Positions 12,501 through 23,400 of a stretch of DNA of 64,000 nt are shown piece by piece. Position numbers and translations under genes: made by a program. The stretch is from NCBI GenBank assembly GCA_002269645.1, contig NIVC01001359.1:131492-195491 (forward strand). The letters run 5' to 3'. Position 1 is the stretch's first letter. Every line of letters begins with the position of its first letter. The notes under the pieces are model-generated. The model saw only the letters and a list, made by a program, of their open reading frames with translations, searched no databases and was not told the origin of the DNA. This DNA is from Macrostomum lignano. Taxonomy: Eukaryota.

Positions 12501-15500
12501 TATTTGAATTTGCACTGACGGAAATGAAGATTGACCATTGACAATCTGCACTAGAGAAAGTGTACATGCAGTAGGTCATTTCCTCTGATCTTTAGAATCT
12601 CTTCTGCCAATCAATATTTATTTCCTACCTGGGTCCGGCCATAGACAGAAACATATTCATTTGGATTTTTTGTGCCAGGCAATAATAGTAATAGAGGGTT
12701 AAGTTAATAATCAAACTCATCATCTCCCCTCTCTACTTCTCCTAGATCAGTCACTCGCTACATTTATCCAACACTAGGTGCGCACTTCGAAATCTCTGTC
12801 CCGCAGATTCGAGTCCCCTAAAACGCCGCTGCAGGAGCACTTTACCACGGGTTCGGGCATCATAGTCAACGGCATTGTCATGGGCATCATCTCCTACTCA
12901 ATATCGATCTCCTTAGCGAAAACTTTCGCCCTTCGCAACGGCTACGAAATCGATCCCAACCAGGAGATGATCGCTTACGGCGCTGTAAACTTTGGAATGT
13001 GCTGGTTTAACACTTTCGTATCCGCCTCCTCAATCGCCTGCACCTCCCTGCACGAGTCGCTGAAAGGCAAAACTCAGGTCTACTCTTTGTACGCGATTAG
13101 CATCACCTTGATTGGCATTCTGGTGTTCGCTCCGGAGTTCTCGCCCGTGCCCAAGGTGAAATAACTGAAGTAGCCAGCTATCCCTACGTTCATATGGTGC
13201 ATTGAATTCCGAAAATTATGACTAATTTTGAATTCAAATCCCCATTTCAGTGCGCTCTATCCGCCATCATTATTGCGAATTTGAAGAACATGATCCTACA
13301 GGTGGAGCAGCTGCCCAGACTGTGGCGAACTAACCGATACGACTTTGTGAGTTCACGATAGAAAGTTATCGTTTAATAAACAGCTCCCTAATCGGCATTC
13401 ACAGATCACCGGCATGCACCAGGCACTATTTGATGGTGACAGTTTCAATAATATTGTAATAACTGAACTCACACTTTAATTTACGCAGTCACGTGACACA
13501 AAAGTTTAGCACCGTGATTGGCCCCTAAAATTAGCGTAAGTTGGTGATCAGGATGGTAATGGTTGGTGATCAGACTGCTACGACTAATTTTAGGGCACTT
13601 TTGTATGCTCGTGGTTCCTTCACACATTCTTAAGTCACCTGTTATTGCTTCACTTCTGTGCCTTTTGATGCTGCACAAGTCCAGCCTGAGTTAGATTGCT
13701 GAATACATTAGTTTGAATGTATCTATAAGCGAGACTAACAACTTTTGGAAACTCATTTGAAAGTAGTCAAATGCTCAATTACCATGCATTTTTATAAGTA
13801 ATTGATGCGCAGCCGTACACTGAGGCTGTTACTTTTTATCAGGTTTTGCAGTTTCTTGCTCCGATGCGATTCCCTCAGATCAGTTATAGAAGTCTTTTCC
13901 TTAGGGTCTGGTCATTGGGTTGAATAATACCTTATAATTTAAGCAAAGTCAATAACTTGTGACTGACCTGAATCTAAAACTGCAAATACCGCATAAAAAT
14001 TTCGCTATGGTTAGGTTAGGGTTTCAAGTGTTAGGAATATTCATTGAGCAAAGGTTACTCAGCTCAGTTGCACAAAATTTTCTGAGTCTTGATCGCGACT
14101 CCTTTTTTTACGTGTTACTAAATACACGTTTAAAGTAAGTTTCTAAGCTCACATTTTCCCCCAGATCACTTTGTCAACCCTGGAAGCTCCGTAACTATTT
14201 CAGGCGATATTTCTGGTGACGCTGGCTGGCATTCTCGGCCTCGACCTGCCCATCGGCCTGCTCATCGGAGTCGTCTTCTCGCTGGCCACCGTCATCTTCA
14301 GGACTCAGGCGCCCAAGGCTTATCTGCTTGGCCGATTGCCTAACACGGATATCTACAGAAATATTAAGAAGCATAAGAAGGTAAGTCTTTGATCAAGATC
14401 GCAGGTTGTAATTGACCGAGATCTCCGTTATTGACGTCAGAGACTGCCGAATTTAAAGCATCAATTAGTGACAAGTCCCACTCGATTCTCCTCTTTTCAA
14501 CTGCAGGCCGAGCAAATACCCGGCCTGAAGATCTTCAAATTCGACGGCTCCCTGTACTTTGCCAGCGCAGAAAACTACCGCAACAGACTCTACCGCCAGG
14601 TGGCTATGAACCCGAAACGGATTTTAGCCAAGGCGAAGACCAGAGCCAAACGGGAAGGTCGGGGTCACGGAGAGGTCGACCTGAGGACTGACATGCTGCA
14701 GGCCGAGGGAGTTCGGCGGATACTTGAAGTCGTGGCCGAGGAGGGCAGCCATTCGGTAAGAGAAAGTTGAGGGCCAAAAGAAAGCTCGTGATGGAAGTGC
14801 CAAAGCAGAATTCCATAGTGAGGCAGCAAACCCTAACCTTCTCTAATCAGCAATCCCATTTTTTGCCTTCAGGTGGCCGAAGCCCGTATCGTAGCCCAGG
14901 TAGCCTTACCGGTAGAAAAGAAGCGCGCTCACTTCGAATCGGTGGCCTATCACTCCGAGAATGAGGAGACGGCGTCCACAGTGAACGTCTTCTGCATCAT
15001 TCTGGACATGTCCGCCTGCGCGTTCACTGACGCTGTGGGCATCCGCCTGCTGTCTCAAATTGTCGACGATTTTAGCAAAATCGGCGTTGAGATTTACCTG
15101 AGCGGCTGCACCTGGTTGGTGAGGTCTCAGCTCAGGAAGGCGAACTTTTACGCCAAGCGAAGTGAAGAGGGACTCTTCGTAACAGTTCACGACGCCGTCA
15201 TTCACGCCCTGTCCTTATTCTACAACGAGCTCTTGCAGGTAATTTCGAGCTAAGATAAACTGATTATGAGTTAACCGATACGATACCGATACCTGGACTT
15301 TTTCTTTGCTCACAGGATGAGGCCAAATTACTCGAAGACGAAGATAAACACCGGCATGGGTCTCATCCTCAGGAAGGCAGTGCAGCCGCTTCCACTCAGG
15401 AAGGTACTGCTACTGAAGGGTGAGTACTGTGATAATCTAATTTTTAAGTCAGCGCATTTCGCAGATTATCGATCAGGCAATCCACAGAACCGATCCAACT

Positions 15501-16902
15501 GACAACCCCATCAACCCGCTATCCCCATCGACCCGCCACCCATCAACGTTCTACCACTACCGGTGCCTAAAATCCTGCTGCTCACCAAAATCCCAACTCC
15601 CTCTACCTTGCCGTCCACAGCGCCGCCGCCAGCCTCCACAAGGCGAAGCAGTCAGCGGCAGAATTGGCTCGCGACAGACGCCGCCTAATTCGCTACGAAA
15701 CCTGGCGACGGAATTCAAACGCCGAACTTCAGTCGGGCCAGGGGCAGAGCGCTCGTCCGTGGACCATGCAGCAGGTGAGATGCACCTAGCTATATAGGCT
15801 ACTCTTGCAACTCGTTGTTAAGGACAAGCTGGAGGGCTGAGGGACTGACAGAAGCGGTGGTAACAAAGAGTGGTTGAGAGAGGGGAAGGGTCAGAGGGTC
15901 AGAGAGTGAGTGAGGGTCAGAGAGTGGGGAGGGTCAGAGAGTGGGGGAGGGTCAGAGAGTGGGGGAGGGTCAGAGAGTGGGGGAGGGTCAGAGAGTGGGG
16001 GAGTCAGAGAGTGAGTGAGGGTCAGAGAGTAATTGAGGGTCAGAGAGTGATTGAGGGTCAGAGAGTGGGGGAGGGTCAGAGAGTGAGTGAGAGTCAGAGA
16101 GTGGGGGAGGGTCAGAGAGTGAGTGAGAGTCAGAGAGTGGGGAGGGTCAGAGAGTGGCGGAGGGTCAGAGAGTGATTAAGGGTCAGAGAGTGATTGAGGG
16201 TCAGAGAGTGGGGGAGGGTCAGAGAGTGAGTGAGAGTCAGAGAGTGGGGAGGGTCAGAGAGTGGCGGAGGGTCAGAGAGTGATTGAGGGTCAGAGAGTGG
16301 GGGAGGGTCAGAGAGTGAGTGAGAGTCAGAGAGTGGGGGAGGGTCAGAGAGTGAGTGAGAGTCAGAGAGTGGGGAGGGTCAGAGAGTGGCGGAGGGTCAG
16401 AGAGTGATTAAGGGTCAGAGAGTGATTGAGGGTCAGAGAGTGGGGGAGGGTCAGAGAGTGAGTGAGAGTCAGAGAGTGGGGAGGGTCAGAGAGTGGCGGA
16501 GGGTCAGAGAGTGATTGAGGGTCAGAGAGTGGGGGAGGGTCAGAGAGTGATTGAGGGTCAGAGGGTGGTGGAGAGTTTAAATGGGCGGAGGGGAATAGTG
16601 ATACAACACGGGTTAAGCAGACGTAATAAGGGATAGAAGAAATTTAATGTGGTACAGAGCACGAGTCGGAAGGCCTATGTACCAATAAAAAGCTCTATCT
16701 TGCTATCATCAATCAGGTGATGAGCATGCCAACACTGACCGAGTCCAATAACAGTGCCAACAGGCCGACTGCAGATGGACAGCTGACAGCGGGGCCACAG
16801 GCTGCGAAATTCGTGCTGTCCCAAGGCGCGGGCAACATTGACGGCAGGGACGGCCACCCGGGACTGGACAATTCCGGATTCGAGGGCGAGACAAAGTTTT
16901 AA
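6569..16902 (+). CDS. SLC26/SulP anion transporter, paralog 1 (14 exons, 975 aa, STAS domain)
   Basis: Exons 6569-7010, 7691-7801, 7937-8149, 9271-9509, 11852-12010, 12106-12188, 12807-13155, 13251-13346, 14204-14380, 14507-14755, 14873-15238, 15316-15419, 15621-15774, 16717-16902. All junctions are GT-AG and in phase; total 2928 nt. Motifs: DLLSGISVGLFIIPQ, GTSRH, GFLSIYLSDP, PIPID, GYEIDPNQE, GKTQ, FDGSLYFA, IILDMSACAFTDAVG (STAS), C-terminal ETKF. Confidence 0.95.
7011..7490 (+). repeat. 36-bp array reiterating the exon-1 splice donor of paralog 1
   Basis: GTGAG(C/T)TGCTTTTGAGTCTGTTGATCATT(C/T)CTCAGG, 13 full copies plus a partial. Confidence 0.95.
8185..9158. repeat. 16-bp minisatellite (intron 3, paralog 1)
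   Basis: GTTAGCTAGTTGGAT(A/G), about 60 copies. Confidence 0.97.
10747..11765 (+). mobile_element. Non-autonomous IS630-Tc1-mariner-type element with about 325-bp TIRs (intron 4 of paralog 1)
   Basis: About 10747-11072 is the reverse complement of about 11425-11765, apart from one 16-nt indel and scattered mismatches. The ends are AGTATA...TATACT. The interior starts at ATG 11069 and encodes a broken HTH region (WRQLAIELDIKRTTASDIIRRY...EEKPTVTLKEMQ*KL...TTQAISRRL) with no DDE domain. Confidence 0.8.
15870..16570. repeat. G/A-rich array, about 18-bp unit (intron 13, paralog 1)
   Basis: GAGGGTCAGAGAGTG(GGG/AGT/ATT). Confidence 0.9.
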
Positions 16903-16974
16903 AACAGACTGAGTTTAGCAGCTTAGCCGCTGTAGTCTCGTGATAGTGATCATGTGGCCTACATGTACCAGCAC

Positions 16975-17430
16975 GAAACCCATTAAACCATGAACCTACG
17001 GACACTAAATCCACTACACCATAAACCTACCGAAAACTATACCCACTGTATCATGAACCTACCGACAACTATAAAAACACTACACCATAAACATACCGAA
17101 AACTATAACCACTACACCATAAACCTACCGACAACTATAAACCCACTACACCATAAACCTACCGACAACTATAAACCCACTACACCATAAACCTACCAAA
17201 AACTATAAACCCACTACACCATAAACCTACCGACAACTATAAACCCACTACACCATAAACCTACCGAAAACTATATCCACTGCACCATAAACCTACCGAC
17301 AACTATATCCACTGCACCATAAACCTACCGACAACTATAAACCCACTACACCATAAAACTACCGAAAACTATACCCACTACACCATAAACCTACCGACAA
17401 CTATAAAAACACTACACCATAAACCTACCG
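16975..17430. repeat. 34-bp minisatellite
   Basis: AAACCTACCGACAACTATAAACCCACTACACCAT, about 13 copies. Confidence 0.9.
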
Positions 17431-18039
17431 ACCCTAAACCCAAGTGCTACATAAACGTATTAAGTCGTCAACTACTGTGTTATTTATAATAACGACGCTT
17501 TTTAAAGACAAATTAGTGCCTTTCAAATAGTATTTTACGTGTATATTTTAAAATAAAGTTCTTAACTCTTTTCATTTGTTTTAAGTTTTAATTACTTGTC
17601 TATTGTTCAAGACGTGACCCGAAAATCAGGGAAAAATTCCTTAGTATGTGTTAAACTGTGCCGCCACTTTATATCGATTTAATTTGCGCATCAGCTGTCA
17701 CATTTTACACTGCAAATCAATATTGTAATTATACTTGTACTACGGGAATCTTTACAATTTGTTCGATATGTAGCACAACGAACTTTATGTATTGTCAGAA
17801 TTTGAGTTCGGCTTTATTTTTTTCTCACAGAGCAGAGATGCACTCCTTTGGGCAGAGGAAAATGTTAGCAAGAGTGGATTCAGAGAACAGATAACAGAAA
17901 AAAAACTTTTTGCGACTAAAATAAAAATAAATGTGTGAAAAGGCAAGGAGAAAAATAGAAGGAAAAATTTAGTTACTAAAAGAGAGTAGATTATAAAGGA
18001 AGAGCGAGGAGCGAAAGGGAGACGGGAAGTGAGCAAAGG

Positions 18040-19560
18040 AAGATGGGAGATGAAAGTAGCGAGATAGGAGATGCGAGATAAGAGATGGGAGATGGGAGAC
18101 TGGAGATGGGAGATGAGAGATGGGAGATGGCAGATAGGAGATGGGAGAAAGGAGGTGGGAGTAAGGAGATAAGAGATGGGAAATGGGAGAAAGGATCGGT
18201 TCGAGATGGGAGAAAGGAGATGGGAGATGGAAGATAGAAGATGCAAGAGTTGAGAAAGAAGATAAAATAGGAGAAAAGAAATGGAAGATGGGAGATGGGA
18301 GAAAGGAGATGGGAGATGGGAGCTGGGAGAAAGGGTATGGGAAATAGGAGTTGAGAGAAAGGAGATGGAAGAAAGAAGATGGGAGCTGGGAGAAAGGAGA
18401 TTGGAGCTGGGAGAAAGGAGATGGGAGCTGGGAGAAATGAGATGGGAGCTGGGAGAAAGGAGATGGGAGCTGGGAGAAAGGAGATGGGAGCTGGGAGAAA
18501 GGAGATGGGAAATAGGAGTTGAGAGAAAGGAGATGGAAGAAAGAAGATGGGAGCTGGGAGAAAGGAGATGGGAGAAAGGAGATGGGAGCTGAGAGAAAGG
18601 AGATGGGAGCTGGGAGAAAGGAGATGGGAGCTGGGAGAAAGGAGATGGGAGCTGGGAGAAAGGAGATGGGAGCTGGGAGCTGGGAGAAAGGAGATGGCAG
18701 CTGGGAGAAAGGAGATGGGAGATGGGAGCTGGGAGAAAGGAGATGGGAGATGGGAGCTGGGAGAAAGGAGATGGGAGATGGGAGCTGGGAGAAAGGAGAT
18801 GGGAGCTGGAAGAAATGAGATGGGAGCTGGGAGAAAGGAGATGGGAGCTGGGAGAAAGGAGATGGGAGCTGGGAGAAAGGAGATGGGAGCTGGGAGAAAG
18901 GAGATGGGAGCTGGGAGAAAGGAGATGGGAGATGGGAGCTGGGAGAAAGGAGATGGGAGCTGGGAGAAATGAGATGGGAGCTGGGAGCTGGGGGAAAGGA
19001 GATGGGAGATGGGAGAAAGGAGATGGGAGCTGGGAGAAAGAAGATGGGAGCTGGGAGAAAGGAGATGGGAGCTTGGAGAAATGAGATGGGAGATGGGAGC
19101 TGGGAGAAAGGGTATGGGAAATGGGAGTTGGGAGAAAGGAGATGGGAGCTGGGAGAAATGAGATGGGAGATGGGAGCTGTGAGAAAGGAGATGGGAGCTG
19201 AGAGAAAGGAGATGGGAGATGGGAGCTGGGAGAAAGGAGATGGGAGCTGGGAGAAAGGAGATTGGAGCTGGGAGAAAGGAGATGGGAGCTGGGAGCTGGG
19301 AGAAAGGAGATGAGAGATGGGAGCTGGGAGCTGGGAGAAAGGAGATGAGAGATGGGAGCTGGGAGAAAGGAGATGGGAGCTGGGAGAAAGGAGATGGGAG
19401 ATGGGAGCTGGGAGAAAGGAGATGGGAGATGGGAGCTGGGAGAAAGGAGATGGGAAATGGGAGTTGGGAAAAAGGAGATGGGAGATAGGAGCTGTGAGAA
19501 AGGAGATGGGAGCTGGGAGAAAGGAGATCGGAGATTGAAGATGGAAGACGGGAGACAAGC
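18040..19560. repeat. Purine-rich array built from 7-bp subunits
   Basis: GGGAGAT, GGGAGCT and GGGAGAAA-GGAGAT blocks; source of the many Pro/Ser and Gly/Glu ORFs. Confidence 0.95.
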
Positions 19561-20498
19561 GATGGGAGAAGGAGGATTAACTAGCATAACTAGTCTGGTA
19601 TTTTTAGGGGGTTGCTAAGCATCCCTATGATTGCGTAATCCAGTTGGAAAGACGCGGTAAAATTCCACCCAGAGCGTTGGACAACAACCAACAAGAGAAG
19701 AAACGAACGGGGCTGGCCAGCTCAATCGAGTACACGTGCTTCTATTTTGTCAGAAATCTTCTAGAAGCCTGCATGATTGAGAAACAAACGAAAAAAGGAA
19801 AGATATGAACGAGGGAGAGAGGTGAAAAGGCGAAGCGAGGGGTGGGGTACCCTGCCACCAGGTGCCAGTGAGTCAAACTCTTTAAGAGCAATACTCGCTA
19901 CTGGTGTATGGCCCCCTATTGTGTGCGCTTGAACCCTTAGCTATATGAAATCGTGCGTTTAAGTGGGGCGGGAGGCATTGAGCATTTTCTGTTGTACACT
20001 ATGCATTCATCACTTATATTCTTCTATTCTCGGCAGGTCTTACTAGGTTTAAAATGACTATAAATTTGTACGAGCCGCGCCTCTGCCGCTAGTGACCGAC
20101 CGACTTATCTTGAACTGCAACTTTTCCTGTAAAGGCGTTTCACATTGCAGAAGCAACAGCCCTCTCTATTGGTAAGACTTGACCAGTATCTCAGTACCAT
20201 TGTTTAATTATGAATATTTATAGCACTATTTTATCACCTCTGTCCTTTGCTGTCATTCCAGTACTACGAGTACTTTCTATTCTTATGCTGTCACTCACCA
20301 GCAACGCTGTCACATTTCTGTCACTCAAGCATTAGTGTGCTCTTCTGTGTCACTCAAGCACCTTTGCGCTCAATTCTATCACTACTAGCACTACTTGCCA
20401 ATCCTCTCTAAAGTCCTCAGTTCAAACCGGTAAGAAAAACATAAAGACACCTAAAATATTTGTCGAACTTTAGGGAAGGAAAATAAAGTTGATCCCCG

Positions 20499-23400
20499 AT
20501 GTCCGGTCCCTCTGCACCATCAAACGGCGGCGATGGTCTCGGGCCGCCCTCTTCCAACGGAGGCGGCGGCGGCTCGGTGAGTCGTCGAAGCCGGAAGATC
20601 CCCACCGACCTCCGTCTGCAGCTCAACGATGCGGGCATCCGCAACGACGCCGAAGCGACGGCAGGCGGAAAAATCGCCTCCCGGCCCGCCTTCACCGAGG
20701 TGCAGCTCGAGGAGACTTTTCAGAACAAAATGGAGCCAGAAGAGCAGAAGGCGCACGTGCAGAACCTCATGGACGAGCGCAAGGCGGGAAAGGAGATCAA
20801 GGACAAACGGGCCATCGCCTTGGGCATCGCCGCCAAGGTGTTCCCGTGTCTGAAGGTGCTGCTGAACTACGACATCAGAGAGTATGGGCCCTACGATCTG
20901 CTATCTGGGATCAGCGTTGGATTGTTCATCATTCCTCAGGGTGAGCTGCTTTTGAGTCTGTTGATCCTTTCTCAGGGTGAGTTGCTTTTGAGTCTGTTGA
21001 TCATTCCTCAGGGTGAGCTGCTTTTGAGTCTGTTGATCATTTCTCAGGGTGAGTTGCTTTTGATTCTGTTGATCATTTCTCAGGGTGAGCTGCTTTTGAT
21101 TCTGTTGATCATTTCTCAGGGTGAGCTGCTTTTGAGTCTGCTGATCATGTCTCAGGGTGAGTTGCTTTTGAGTTTGTTGATCATGTCTCAGGGTGAGCTG
21201 CTTTTGAGTCTGTTGACCATTTCTCAGGTTGAGCTGTTTGAGTCTGTTGATAATTTCTCAAGGTGAGCTGTTTGAGTCTGTTGATAATTTCTCAAGGTGA
21301 GCTGTTTGAGTCTGTTGATAATTTCTCAAGGTGAGCTGTTTGAACCTCTGCTTAAATCTGTACCTCAGCTTGCTTTGATAGGGATTTATTCTCAGTAAAT
21401 TTCGATACAAAATCTGTAGCATACTCGTAACATACCAAAATACAAATAACAAACTATACGACTGCCACCCTTGCGCCTTCGATTTCAGCCATTGCCTACT
21501 CGCTTCTCGCCAACATGCGGCCCCAGGCCGGTTTCTACTCTGCTTTCTTTGCCATGACCATCTATTTCATATTCGGCACTTCGAATCACGTTAACATGAG
21601 TAAGTATATAGGGAGCTTGAAAAATGAGATTCCAATAAGAAGTTGGATACAATTTTGTGAGTCTTGTTTGGGACTGAGATACACCAGACCTACTGAAGAC
21701 CTACGTACGAGGGGCGATCAAAAAGTTTTGTCATTGCTTAATACTTTCAGCACATGGGGGTTCACTTCAATTGATTTTAGTTGTTACTATAGACACATGT
21801 CCCCTACTTAACCATAAATTTTTTAAGCCACTCTTTCAAGAATCTGCAACATTTTTTCTTAACCACCCTTGAGTGACCATGTCAGTCTCAAGCGAAGCCA
21901 TACATGCCGTCATCCATTATGAGTGGAGACGTGGCAGAGCAGCAAAGGAAATTGAAGCCCGCTTGCGTGAGCAACACGGAGAGTCTGCACCGTCATATCG
22001 CACCATCACCCGCTGGATTCACAGTTTTGAAGGAGACAGAAGTGATTTTAAAGACGAACCTCGCAGTGGCAGACCCAACCAGTGTTATCGACAGCGTCCG
22101 GAGCCTCCTTGATGAAGACAGGCGAGTGACTATTGCTGAGATAGCAGAGGCCTGTGGCATTAGTTATGGTAGCGCAAAGTCCATGCTGACGGTCCAGCTG
22201 GGAATGTCGAAGGTTTGTGCCAGATGGGTGCCAAAACTTCTGACTCCTGATACAGCGCCATCGGATGCAGGCATGTCAGCACCTACTCCACCTGATGCAG
22301 CACCGCCAAGAGTTTCTCGACTCTATCGTGACGGGGGATGAGTCGATGTTTTCCTTGTACGAGCCGGAGACCAAAGCTCAAAGCATGCAGTGGAAGCGCC
22401 CCGATGAGCCCACTCCGTTGAAGGCCAAGGCAGTCCCATCAATGAAGAAGCGAATAGGCACCATCTTGTAAGATCGGCCAGGGCTGCTGCTGATCGAGTG
22501 GCTGCCTGAGAAGCGGATGGTCACGGGAGACTCCTACGTGTTGCCACATTGCGCCAGCTGAAGGAGGAAACCAAGAAGAGGTCACAAGAACCTGTCACAA
22601 GGCGCAGGCTGTGCCATCCGCGAGCTGGAGTTCGAGCAGCTCCCTCACCCTGCTCATTCGCCAGACCTGGCCCCATCGGACTTCTGGCTGTTTCCGGCGC
22701 TGAAAAAACTCGCTGCGAGGGCGCCACTGGGCTTCTGTGACTGCACTGGCATCTTCGGTGAGGAATCAGTGGTGCAAACACCATGGTGAAGACTGGTACG
22801 CTGCGGGCATTCAGAAGCTACCAGAGCGCTGGGCCATGTGTGTGTCACTGCGTGGGAACTTTGTTGAGAAAGTGCAGGACGATTAACAGTTACGTCGTTG
22901 TTTGTTTTGTTTCTAGTTAGGAAAGTGACAGAACTTTTTGATTCTCCCTCGTAGCTGCAGGCAGTGAACCTATAGTTGCAAGCTTCTCAATGACCCGCAG
23001 CTAGCCAGGGTGCCGTGTCTCTGCTCGTCGGCGAGGCCGTCCGTGCTGGCATCGAGCAGGTGTACCCTAACGGCGCTGGCCTGTGCGCTGCCCCGAACTC
23101 GACGACAATGGACATCAACTTCACCACGCTGGCCGGAGATGCGTTGTCCACAGTGGCTGGGATTACCACTGCAACCACAGCCTACGGAGATAGCAATACT
23201 ACTGCCTTCGATAGTGAGTAGTATTTTAGTGATATTAACTGCTTTTAAGTGATAACTGTTCGGGCTACTAACATTTTTAGTAATTTTCTCATTTAAGAAT
23301 GATTTCTGAGGTTGGGGTTATAGGGTTCATAGTATTAAAAGATTAATTATAGTTCGTACTTTCTTGGCTTGTTAGATAGGTTGGATATTTGGTATTTTCA

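Noticed and set aside
13522-13596. Small hairpin (CCCTAAAATTAG...CTAATTTTAGGG)
   Set aside because: Short imperfect stem with no TSD or second copy; insufficient to call a MITE or ncRNA.
17785-19618. 600- and 529-aa Pro/Ser ORFs and many Gly/Glu ORFs
   Set aside because: Purine-rich 7-bp-subunit satellite with no stops by composition.
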